DNA of 64,000 nucleotides from Octopus vulgaris (Eukaryota): NCBI GenBank assembly GCA_951406725.2, contig OX597831.1, positions 13,454,001 to 13,518,000 of the forward strand, read 5' to 3'. Shown piece by piece: positions 53,404 to 64,000 of this stretch (position 1 is its first letter; each line of letters starts with the position of its first letter). The notes under the pieces were generated by a model. It saw only the letters and a program-made list of their open reading frames with translations, ran no database searches and was not told where the DNA came from. The position numbers and the translations under genes were made by a program.

Positions 53404-53558
53404 CGACGGAAGTTTTCAGTTTCCGTCTACCAAATCCACTCACAAAGCTTTGGTCAGCCCGAGGTTATAGTAGAAGACACTTGCCTAAGGAGCCAAACAC
53501 AGTGGGACTGAACCCTGTGGTTGGGAATCATGTTCCTTACCACATAGCCACGCATGAG

Positions 53559-53560
<2 letters not shown>
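53404..53560 (-). mobile_element. SINE family B 5' half
   Basis: ttcagtttccgtctaccaaatccactcac..gaagacacttgcctaagg..gtgggactgaaccc. Confidence 0.75.
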
Positions 53561-53625
<65 letters not shown>

Positions 53626-55359
53626 GTGTAACTTCTAGTTAATTCATGAACACGTTTGGTCCTGCATATTCTCTTCTCTTTAACTTCGATTATGTTCTTC
53701 ACACAAATACCCAATCAATAGTTTCATGGTTATATTCGATTTTTCTGTTTAGTCAATGTCGTCTGATCTTCGCTACTAATTGTTTCTTGATTATAATTGA
53801 TTGCTATCTGTTGTTACCTGGGAGCGGAATCCATCTTACAGTTAACTGTCGTTGTTTAACGTTGTTCTATAATTTATTTATCGTTGTTTATCGTTGCGTA
53901 GACATTTGAAAGGACAAACGCGCCGCGCACATATGCACGCACGCACACACTCACTCACTCACTCACTCACTCTCTCTCTCTCTCATACACACATGAACAA
54001 ACAAAGAAATACACACGCACACATGCACATGCACACACACGCACACTTGCAGAATGAGGAGGACGAAAATGTCGGAGTTGGGGAGAAAAAGAAGCAGAGA
54101 CGAGCGGGAAGAGTCAACGACGACGAAGAAGAGTCGGAAGAAGTGAAAGAAAGAGGATGGAAAGAAGGAGAACAAAGAAGAAAACACACGAAGGAGCTGG
54201 AGGAAGAAGGAGAGAATAGAAGAGGAACCACTCCACAATCGCCATCAAAGCTAAGACGGCCTTGACTAGAAGCCTTTGCTTATCCAGTTGCAATCCATCT
54301 CAATCCTGTTGCTTTCTCTGTTTAAGTGTTTAATTCCCTTAGCGTTACGCAAAAGGTAGTTCGATAAGAACATGATATCGATTGAAGATATATAAAACAT
54401 CAGGCACCGAGATGATAAGATCGTTATCACGTTGGACAAAAGGCGTAGCAGCATTCCGTCTGTCTACATCCTGAGTTCAAATTCTACCGACGTCGACCTC
54501 GCCTTTTTTTCTTTTCGGAATAAAATAAAAACCACCTGAGCGTTGGGGCCAATGCAATCGACTTGACCCCGTTCTCAAAATTGCTGGCCTTGTGTCAAAA
54601 TTCCAAATCAATATATTGACCGCATATATATAAAAAAAAAAGGCGGGTGAATATCTACGAATGTATTCCATTTAGTGTATTACGCTGAAATAAACTTTGC
54701 TAATGCAACAGTATGAGATACGCTTATACATTCATAAATACATACATACATACACACATACATACACACATACATACATACATAAATTCATACATATATA
54801 CATGCATACATGTATATATACATACATACATACTAACATACATGCATACATACATATACCTAACTACATACATTCATACTAACATACATACATACATACA
54901 TACATACAGAGTGGCAGCATCTCGATCTTGTGTAATGCCATCACTTGATTATTCTCTAAAATGTGAACAGCACAGGTGTGACTTTTCAGAATGACTAAGG
55001 AATTACACGTATTTGCACAGTTGTAGCAATGATGGGCGACTCTTGCAGTAGGCTTTACATTATTGCTTTGGCAAACCTTCACATGATATCCCTGTCCGAT
55101 TTCTGAGGCACGTTCCCATTTCACACTCCGTGTAATAAAGGTGGCGTATAATGTAGATAGGTTAAAAACTGTCATGTAACTCCACTGACTCCCTCATACC
55201 TGTTGCATGCTAAATTGGTTTTGACGCCAACAGACTCAGGAGAATTCACTCCAATATCCTTACAAAGATTTCTCTGGAGCTTTTCATATTGGTACGATTC
55301 TGTACTAACAAACTTACAAATCACACACACGCACACACGGACATGCACATACACCCACC

Positions 55360-55421
<62 letters not shown>

Positions 55422-55519
55422 GAATAAGAAATAGAAAGTCCTTCCTACAGAATTATGTATTGAAAGATTGAATAGAAAATGGCTTTTCTGATAGCTCCCA
55501 GTTTATATATATATGTGTG

Positions 55520-55665
55520 TGTTATCACTAGCGATATCAAGATATAACTTTGTATTTTGCATTTTATGTGTAGATGTATATATATAGATGTACATGGAAT
55601 ATGTACACATATATATACACATATATACATGCACTAGCACTATGACGACGGGTCTTTAATGCTAG
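55520..55665 (+). mobile_element. Helitron 3'-end fragment, inverted relative to 52335-52494
   Basis: Reverse-complement match over ~150 bp, ending in gctag|t. Confidence 0.75.
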
Positions 55666-56456
55666 TATATGTATATATATGTGTGTGTATGTATATGTAT
55701 TTGTGTGTGTGTATATATACACATACATACATACATGCATACACATACAGTCCGACAATAGTTTAGTCGAACGAAATTCGAAATCACTTTAAGCAACATT
55801 CTTGTATAAGAATGATCAATTTTGTACTCTACAAAAGAGTAACCTATCAGATTAATCTAAATCTATGTTTATACACCCACACACACACACGTATATATAT
55901 ATACCATACATAACCACATTGATGTGGTTATGTATGGTATATATTATGTCAGTTGTGACAGAAACCACAATGTCGGAATCTGATTTTTACTTTCATCCCC
56001 ACTCCATCAAACCTGACATGAAAATATGTCGGACAAAATAGAAGACAGATGAATTTCTAACCAATTAAAGAGAAACATCATAAAATTTTCTACTTCAGAT
56101 TTATCGCTGGAAACATTATGATTCTCATTATCTAGGAACTTGTCCGTTGTTATCATTAAATATATAGTGAATAACTCAGTCAAGACTTTGCTTTATTTCA
56201 TAGAATTTTGATTGCCTGAACTGAGCTTAAAATCGAAAATAAGCCAACAATAAACTGTCACTTTCATTCCTGCTGAACATGTTAATTGTTCTTTCCTTAG
56301 AATACCTGAGGATATTGGAAAGAATCACTGTTATGATAGCTTGCATTGTATTATCTGGGGAGGATTCTACAACAATGTGTCTCAAGTGTGATGGCTTTAC
56401 AATCCCTTGCAGATCATAATCTCACCATTTTCAGAGTATTGTAACGCAATAATTGT

Positions 56457-56495
<39 letters not shown>

Positions 56496-56859
56496 CGAGA
56501 GAAAGGAGGAAATGGGGAAAGAGGACACAAACAATCAAACAACAACCAATTAAAATCCATAGTAAAATTCCAATTAATATATTTATGGTTTCAAATAATA
56601 ACTTTTACATAGAATTGTTTGCGTCTCTCAACTGTCAATGATTTGTTTTTTCTTTTTGTCAAGTTTTGGCAATTTACGGTGCAGCTTCAAAATATACAAC
56701 CTTAGAAAACAAAGAGAGGAGAGAGAGCAAAAAAAAAGATGAAAACAAAACCGAAAAAAGGAATAACATCACTAAGAATGCTACTTCCTGCTGCTGCTGC
56801 TACTACTACTGCTACTGCTACCACTACTACTGCTGCTGCTGCTGCTGCTTGGAATTATT

Positions 56860-57232
56860 CTTCTACTCTAGATACAAAACCAGAAATTTCAGAGGAGTGG
56901 GTTTGTCGGTTACATTAATGCTTAAATGGTATTTATTTTATCGACTGCGGAAGGATGAGAGGCAACATCGGCCTAGGCAGAATTTGAACTCATAATGTAC
57001 AAACTAAATGCCGCTGAACATTTTGTCCCGCGTTTTAGCGATTCTACCAACGCACCACCTTTACAAGAACGAATAAAAATCCTTACTACAATAGGCACAT
57101 CGACCCTGGTGTTTCACTGGTACTTAATTAATCGACTTCGGAAGCATGAAAGGCAAATTCGACCACGGTGGGATTTGAACCCAAAACGCAAAGACGAACT
57201 AAACGCCGAGAAAGCATTTTATTCGATGTGCT
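56860..57232 (-). mobile_element. Two tandem decayed SINE family A copies
   Basis: tggta(t/c)tta..tcgact..gaag.atga.aggcaa..gatttgaac blocks. Confidence 0.65.
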
Positions 57233-57700
57233 AGGAGAAGAGGAAGAAGAAGAAGTAGGAGAAGAAGAAGTAAACAAACAACAACAACAAAGTCCTCGAA
57301 ATTTCCAGTTGACAAGTGAACGACGATTCAAACAATGGCAGATCTCATTAAAAATTGGAAACTTTTAGATTTTAAACTTTAGATTAAATCTCACTGCCTA
57401 AGATTCATTGTCATTTCTTCAAGTGTGTGTTTCTTGTTTATATAGGTTTCTTTCTTGCGGCTATATTATTTTAAATAATCCAAGCTACAAAGTTAATTTT
57501 CTTTAATTCCTGACGAATATCGTAAATTCAAAATGGTTGCTGGTATCATCTATATAAATGGTAGTGGGCATACATTTAAAAGTTGGGCCTACATACCGAT
57601 GACGCGTTTCGCTTCAGAAACACGTGTCTAATCATCATCATGCAAACGCCATCTTGAACGAAATTCAAGCGATGTTGAGAGAGTTTGTTTTTGAACATAG

Positions 57701-57957
57701 CTGAATATAAATGATGGATCCTAGCTAGAGAGATGTTGTATGAGTGTGAGGCAGGTACCTGTTTGCCCAAAAGGCACGGTTGTGCAATACGAGCGGTGGT
57801 TCTGTTCTCAAAATACATCGGTTTATGCGATGGCGGTTTCAAAAGACGGCAGTCGATCCCGTTGACAGAGCCTGACATCGATGAGAAAGTTTGTTGCTGC
57901 GTAAAGCCACCGAAAGAATGGACCCAAAACAGCACATTCTCTTTTGATAACCTCTGA
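57701..57957 (+). pseudogene. Candidate Cys-rich, defensin-like peptide exon or pseudogene
   Basis: Non-repetitive ORF 57733-57957 with C-x4-C-x6-C-x14-C-x22-CCC, plus GTC and IGLC motifs. Upstream are acceptor-like TTTTTGAACATAG (57700) and an in-frame TGA at 57712-57714; AATAAA at ~58153. Confidence 0.35.
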
Positions 57958-58841
57958 AGCCAACTGGTGTTCAGTATGCAAATTTTTCCACTGCACTTGC
58001 ACAAGCAAGCTGTTGGTAAATAACATCTTCATTAATGGTATGATTATTTCGCTGAGTTTTCTTTTATTCTTGAGATTATCCCTTTGCATATGAAATTAGG
58101 TCAGACTGCTACGAAACGGCCGTTATTCAATATACAACAATAAGTCTTTGTTAATAAACGTCACTAACCTCTCTATTATTTCCACTTGCTCATTTCCATC
58201 GTGTCCAAAGCGAGTCGCAGAGGGCGCTTTCAATTTTCAGCTGTTCTTCAAACGTATTTACTCGCATTCCTAATGGATTAGCAAGCGGACCAGTTTAAAT
58301 TTTCTCTTCCTTACCACGTTCGAAAATAGATTATTTTTCACGATTTAATCGTAGTAATCGACATATTAATCAATAAAAGAATATATGCTACTGAAATAGC
58401 TGTGGTAATTTTTAAAAACCCACATGTGTCCCACTTTTACAAAAGCGTCACACCTGGAATCATTTCAAAGTTGGATCGGGACCCTATATCAGTGTTTATA
58501 TATTCGTACATGTACGTATAGGTGGCGCTCGTCTCTTTCTCGGTGAATGCTGAAGATTATCTGTATATTTTGTATCTTTTCATTTGTCTTGCTCGCTTAC
58601 GTTCTGGTGTTGGCTTAATTTTCTTGAATACATTCTTTCTTAGTGGTAAGACCATGGGTGGGGGGTCGACTTCTAGCATAATGTACGTCCACTTAGTGGT
58701 CATCCCTCTTATATATATGTAATTTAATGTTTCTAAAACTTCAGATTTTTCTATATGCTCGACCACTGGTTTTAAATTGATATTAATCAAATCAATATTC
58801 AACTTTTCACTTTATTTTATATAGATATATATATATATATA

Positions 58842-59087
58842 CTTTATTTAAAGCAGCAGAAAATTCAACAAAACCTGTTACTCTGAGTTTCTCGTTGCCG
58901 TTCATCGGACAGTTTTTGCTAGAATCTAGCAAAAATTCTAGCAAAAACTGTCCGATGAACGGCAACGGGAAACTCAGAGTAACAGGTTTTGTTGAATTTT
59001 CTGCTGCTTTAAATAAAGCATATTACTCTACCACTAGTATTTGAGTACTCTTTTTTCCACCTTGTTTCACATTTATGTGTTTACTCC

Positions 59088-59090
<3 letters not shown>
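58842..59090. mobile_element. PLE pLTR fold-back between (TA)n tracts (arms 58842-58925/58935-59018)
   Basis: 84-bp arms with one mismatch and a 9-nt spacer; the right arm continues ~70 nt to (TA)n. Confidence 0.88.
58948..58985 (+). ncRNA. Minimal type I hammerhead motif (variant core); mirrored on - strand at 58875-58912
   Basis: CTGT-CCGATGA-A-CG GCAA CG-G-GAAA-CTC A GAG-TA-ACAG. GNRA-capped helix II, GUA triplet. Confidence 0.75.
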
Positions 59091-59139
<49 letters not shown>

Positions 59140-60168
59140 AAGTCAACGACTATCGAAGAGTTTGCAAACAGTGATGCTGCTGGTGATTGAACTATTGATG
59201 ATGGTAGCAGCAGTGGAAGCGATAATGATGTTGATGGTGACGATGTTGGTGATGGTGATGACAGTGGTTTGGGGGGGGTGTTATTGTTGTTGTTAGTGGT
59301 GGTGGTTGTGATGATGTTGCTGTTGTTGGTGGTAATGTCGACATATCGTTGCTACGGTCGTTGACATTGTTATTGGGAAAGTTTACCGCTAATGCTGCTG
59401 CTGATGATGATGATGGTGGTGATCATTGTATTGTCGATATTGTTATTTTATCTTCAGATCGGCTTTGATCGAGCAGAATTATGGTCAATGAACTTCCAAC
59501 CATGGTCATCCTATACTTTATATAATAGGATTTATATGTGTGTGTGTGTATGTGTGTGTTTACATGTGGGTATGTGTGAGCGTATGTGTTCCTGTCAATC
59601 TGTGTAAATGTTGTGTGTGTATGTCTATGTGTGATTGTGTGGTGTTTGTGATTTTGTGTATATTCGTACGCATATACATCCAAATATCTTTCCTCTTTTC
59701 CCACTTCTCCGGCAACTCACAAACAAAACTTTGGCCAATGTCAAAACTGAAGACAAAAGAAATCGAGACAAATAAAAATCACATCCAGCCGACAAGTTCA
59801 ATGAAATTTTTGTTATTTTCCACCTTCGAGGCCAGCATCTTCATTCACGAATACGCTCCACGGGCTAGAAACCGCAGCCACATCAGCTTCTAATTGCATA
59901 TATAGTCTGAAAAAAGAACGAAACTGTGGAAAATATGATTCTAGACACATTTTATTTGGAAAAGGTTATCGCTGAAATTTCTTTGATGATATTTACGACT
60001 ACGAAAAGCTGAGCCAGGGTTAAAAGAAATGAGAGAATTCCTAGAATCACGAGGCAACAAGTCGTATGACAACTCAGTATTCTCCTCAACGTCAGCGACA
60101 TATATGAATTGGTATTGTGCAAAAGGGCTCCAGTATTGCGTTCTTTTGAAAATATGGCAAGTGACATA

Positions 60169-60403
60169 CAGTAATCACTCACTATATCGCGGTTCACCAA
60201 TCGCTCACTCAATACATCGCGGTTCACCTATCGCGCACGCTATAGATTGTGGATTTTTCTGGCTTATATATGGAAATTTATATCGCGGATTCCTCTGTAT
60301 ATCGCGGGTTTCTGCGGCTGATAGGTATTTATATTTTTTAGATTCTAATTATTTCTGTGGGAGGTTTTCGAACGTAACACCCGCGATAGTCGATAGATTA
60401 TTG
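60169..60403. mobile_element. Tc1/pogo(Tigger)-type MITE
   Basis: TA|CAGTAATC..ACTATATCGCGG ... CCGCGATAGTCGATAGATTATTG|TA: imperfect TIRs with TA flanks and internal ATCGCGG repeats. Confidence 0.7.
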
Positions 60404-61684
60404 TAATTCATAATATTAACCGTGAATTAGTTCGGTTAGTTAAAACAACGGCCTATATAAGGTTCTACGAATCTGAGGACAATTACAATAAATTCGATTG
60501 GTGTCTTGGGCAAATAGGATTTTCAATAACCTCGTACTACCACATACTTTGTGATTGAAAGTTGGAAGACGGAAACTGTAAGAAGCTCCTCGGCTGGATT
60601 GTTATTTGTATTCATTTCATATATTACAGCCTTGCAAGACACTGTGCCACACTGATTCATTCTTAGAATTTTGTTAAAGATACACATTAAATCTGTAGCA
60701 GTAACTGAATTGATTTTAGGACGAATCCCCGTTACCAAACAGTGGAGATCCATCCCATCTCCACCACAACCACCTCCTCTTCTACATCCTCCTCCACCTG
60801 TTCACAACAATACTCACACATTCACAGGAAATCAATTATAAACTCTACCTGCATGCTAAACTTGCTAAACAATATTTCAATGCAAGAATTTGACATCATA
60901 TTAAAGCAATTTGTGTGTACGCCTAATACAGATTCAAGAGAAGAAAGCTGATGTTTTGAAAAATATCATCCCCCCACCCACGATACGGGTATATTCCTGT
61001 GAGACGTAGAGCAAACGTCTCATATCGATTAACTGGGCGAATCATTGACAAGGAAAAACACTTAAGAATATCGCTGATGCGAACTGGAAATAAAATAAAA
61101 CGCTTACGCGGAAGGAACCAAGGAAGATGTATTGAAAGCTACGGATTTGGAAGAATGAAAAAGGAAAAGAAGGAAAACGAAGGAAAGAAGACTAAATTTT
61201 GTGCAGATTTTCAGATCAGCTTCTTTGCATTACAGAATAAAACCATTATTGTTACAGAAAGGAAATTGTTTATTTACAGCAGGCTGTCCTAAACGATGTA
61301 ATGTGAATGTTTTCTGCGAGCGCCATAAACAGCATTTTCAATATTTCACTGTTTTCCTTGTATATGCGATATGTTCCTGCTATTCAGGAACGCAAAACTA
61401 ATGGTTGTGGCAGAACTCATTCTACCCTCGGAGGATAGAATTGAAATTTCTCGCAAACTGAAGAAATCCAGATATCATGACATGACCTATAAAACTCTTG
61501 TCAAAAGATGGCAAACTGTCTCATACTGAAACCGGCTCTCAGAGTTTCTTCAGCAAGATCGGTGCACTATTTCCTGACGAAGATCGGTTCCAAACGCAAA
61601 CAACTGAGAAGGCTACCAAGACGGTAACCATGGAAGCTGAAATCAGCTCAGGAAGGTTGAGGTTGACAGGAGACCTCCGTTGGA

Positions 61685-62090
61685 ATCCTTGAGCAAGTTA
61701 CTTTACCTCACGTTGTTCCATTCCACTCAGCTGGTAAAAATGAGTCATACATGTGATTCAAAGGGTCAGTCTTGTCACATTCTGAGTTCAAATTCCGCCG
61801 CGGTCGACTTTGCCTTTCATCATTTCGGGGTCGATTAAATAAGTACCAGTTATGCACTGGTGTCGATGTAATCGACTTAATCCCTTTGTCTGTCCTTGTT
61901 TGTCCCCTCTGTGTTTAGCCCCTTGTGGGCAATAAAGAAACACATACATACGACGGGTTTATTTCAGTTTCCGTCTAACAAATCCACTCACAAAGCTACA
62001 GTTGAAGACACTCGCTCAAGGTGGCACGCAGTGCAACTGAACCCAGATCCATCAGGTTACGAAGCAAATTTCTTACCATATAACCATGCC
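61685..62090. mobile_element. Composite of SINE fragments (family D-like CORE piece, family A + strand 61781-61940, family B head - strand 61950-62090)
   Basis: Matches to copies elsewhere in the window. Confidence 0.7.
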
Positions 62091-62549
62091 TGAAAGCTCT
62101 GCACTATGTACCGTCGTCCTCTCTTTCATGTTCCTTCCGTTGACATCCACTTGAAAGCAGTTTTACAATGGCACCGTTCCGTCTGCTTAATCTCTGACCA
62201 GAAGGAATCGGTTGTGACTAGGACGTCGGCTAACATAATTCTCATCGATCGACGGCTAAAGAACAACATCAACAACAGCAATAACAACAACATCAACAAG
62301 AGCAACAACAACAAATCAATGAAAGTTACCACTCCCACCAATACCAGCCGCACCGTCATTTTTATTCTCTGTTGCTACGATACGAAATAAGCATTAAAAA
62401 AACAAAAACAAACAAAACCGACACGTGCCAGTATAGGTAATTTGGAAGTAGGCGACGACGAACGAAGATGGATAACCAAACGCATCGTGAAGTTTAATTG
62501 CACCAAAATAAAACAACCTTTCACTTCTTCAAATTAATCTTCCGAACCT

Positions 62550-62581
<32 letters not shown>

Positions 62582-62601
62582 CACATACACACACGCACGC
62601 A

Positions 62602-62633
<32 letters not shown>

Positions 62634-62705
62634 CACACATATATGCATGCATATTTACACATACACATATCTGTCTGACTCACTCAGACTCTGTCAGTCT
62701 ATCTA

Positions 62706-62760
<55 letters not shown>

Positions 62761-63074
62761 TTATCTATCTGCATAACTATCTATAAAGTTTTATTTGTAT
62801 TTATGGTGACTGTTTCCCTACTGACCTAAGTGTTGATAGCTTCACGTATGTTTTCTCAAAATTCAGACAAGTAATTAAGAATAAAGAACATCAGTTGAAT
62901 TATATTCTTCACACAGTATTGCACGCATTATACAGCATCATTCTATGTTAACCTCATTAGGCTGTAAACATGACTTCTTGCGTGGGCGCCAAGTTCATGA
63001 ACGTTCACTTGCGCGAACGGTTATTGCGTTCAATCCAATTGTTTGACATCTTTGGAAAGAGTACGCGACTGCAG

Positions 63075-63311
63075 CTGTGGTTCTCAACCACTTTTCTACA
63101 TACTGACCTCTTTTAGACATATTCTATTCAGTTGGATACTCTTAGTCATCTGATATTTAAAATATTCCGTTTATACTTTTATAATTAAATATTAAGAATA
63201 ATTGTATAAAAATTTTGCTAAAATATTTCGTGCATTATAGAAGCCTAACAATTTGTTGCTCATATATTTTAACAACAGAATCTTATATGGATCCTCGGTT
63301 GAGCACCATTG
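63075..63311. mobile_element. hAT (Charlie-like) MITE
   Basis: Imperfect TIRs CTGTGGTTCTCAACC / GGTTGAGCACCATTG with AT-rich interior; 8-bp TSD not clear. Confidence 0.55.
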
Positions 63312-63657
63312 GAGTATAACATCGGGTCCGTCAAAGTCATGTCAATTTACTTTTGGTTGACGTGGTCTCTGGAAGAGAACGGTTTTGTTCTTAGGTTTGG
63401 GGACTAGAATTAAACTTCTACTCAGTTTACCCAACACGACATGGGCAGGCTATACATTTAGGAGAGTATATTCTGTTGGAAACATTCCAGCAATGGTCTC
63501 CGCTCATGCGGCTATGGCACCTCTTTCTGCCATCAGAGCTGAAACATGTCATGGCTTTCCCTGTTGGTTATTTATTCATGGCCGCAAGCATCGGCAATTA
63601 TAGATCCCCGTGTCCTCTTGCTCCACACGCAAAGCTATTATTGTCTGATCTATGTCC

Positions 63658-63866
63658 TTTCTGCTATAGGCAAAAAGACTGAAAATTTGTGGAAGGGTAT
63701 TAATCGATTACATCGTTCCCAGAACTGCAAATGGTACTTACTTTATCGACCTTGAAAAGCTGAACAGAATCACTGACCTCGGCTGAATCTGAACTCGGAT
63801 CATAAAGACGGACGAAACGCCGCTTAACAGTTTCCCAGTGTGCAAAAGATTCTGCCAGCTCGCCGC
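63658..63866 (-). mobile_element. SINE family A copy
   Basis: tggtacttactttatcgacc..gacctcggctgaatctgaactc..tctgccagctcgccgc. Confidence 0.72.
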
Positions 63867-64000
63867 TTTCATCATCTGCATTTTACAAAGTGTGACATGT
63901 TTTTACTTGAGAAAGATACAATTGTAGTTTCCCTCTTACTTCCAACTGGCTTTCCAACAGTTTCCGTTGCTAGTTTCCTGCTCTCTCAACTTTATTATTG

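Noticed and set aside
57595-57645. Minus-strand GAAACGCGTC hammerhead half
   Set aside because: No proper CUGANGA with a matching helix I could be drawn
57576-58089. Minus-strand ORFs with faint PIF/Harbinger-like wording (GSVNGIDCRLLKPP)
   Set aside because: Catalytic Asp motif absent and similarity too short; kept only as an alternative to the Cys-rich ORF
61570-61602. CTGACGAAGATCGGTTCCAAACG and similar partial hammerhead cores (also ~43715 and ~45045-45075)
   Set aside because: GAAA or the helices are broken; they could be decayed copies but are not distinguishable from chance

Overview
AT-rich, microsatellite-saturated eukaryotic DNA. The SINE families suggest a coleoid cephalopod, probably Octopus (inference). 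No intact host protein-coding gene can be supported, and nearly all ORFs in the track are artefacts of simple repeats. The main coding feature is a near full-length, GC-richer CR1-type LINE on the minus strand (~11556-16190). Its ORF1 carries an internal ~290-bp duplication and clustered 1-nt deletions. Its APE-RT ORF2 is open except for one TAG that replaces the catalytic Glu, and it ends in a 3' stem-loop and (TAAC)n tail. The window also holds Penelope-like element (PLE) remnants, two microsatellite-associated R4/Dong-type fragments, four SINE families, tandem non-autonomous Helitrons, a Helentron-associated element, and mariner, pogo and hAT-type MITEs. The most striking pattern is a dispersed set of minimal type I hammerhead-ribozyme motifs. 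At least seven are readable and several more are decayed. Many have a variant core (CCGANGA, unpaired purines at the base of helix II). They sit in PLE terminal repeats next to (TA)n tracts, often as fold-back palindromes, and once in a circularly permuted ~600-nt unit. A candidate Cys-rich, defensin-like ORF or pseudogene lies at ~57700-57957.
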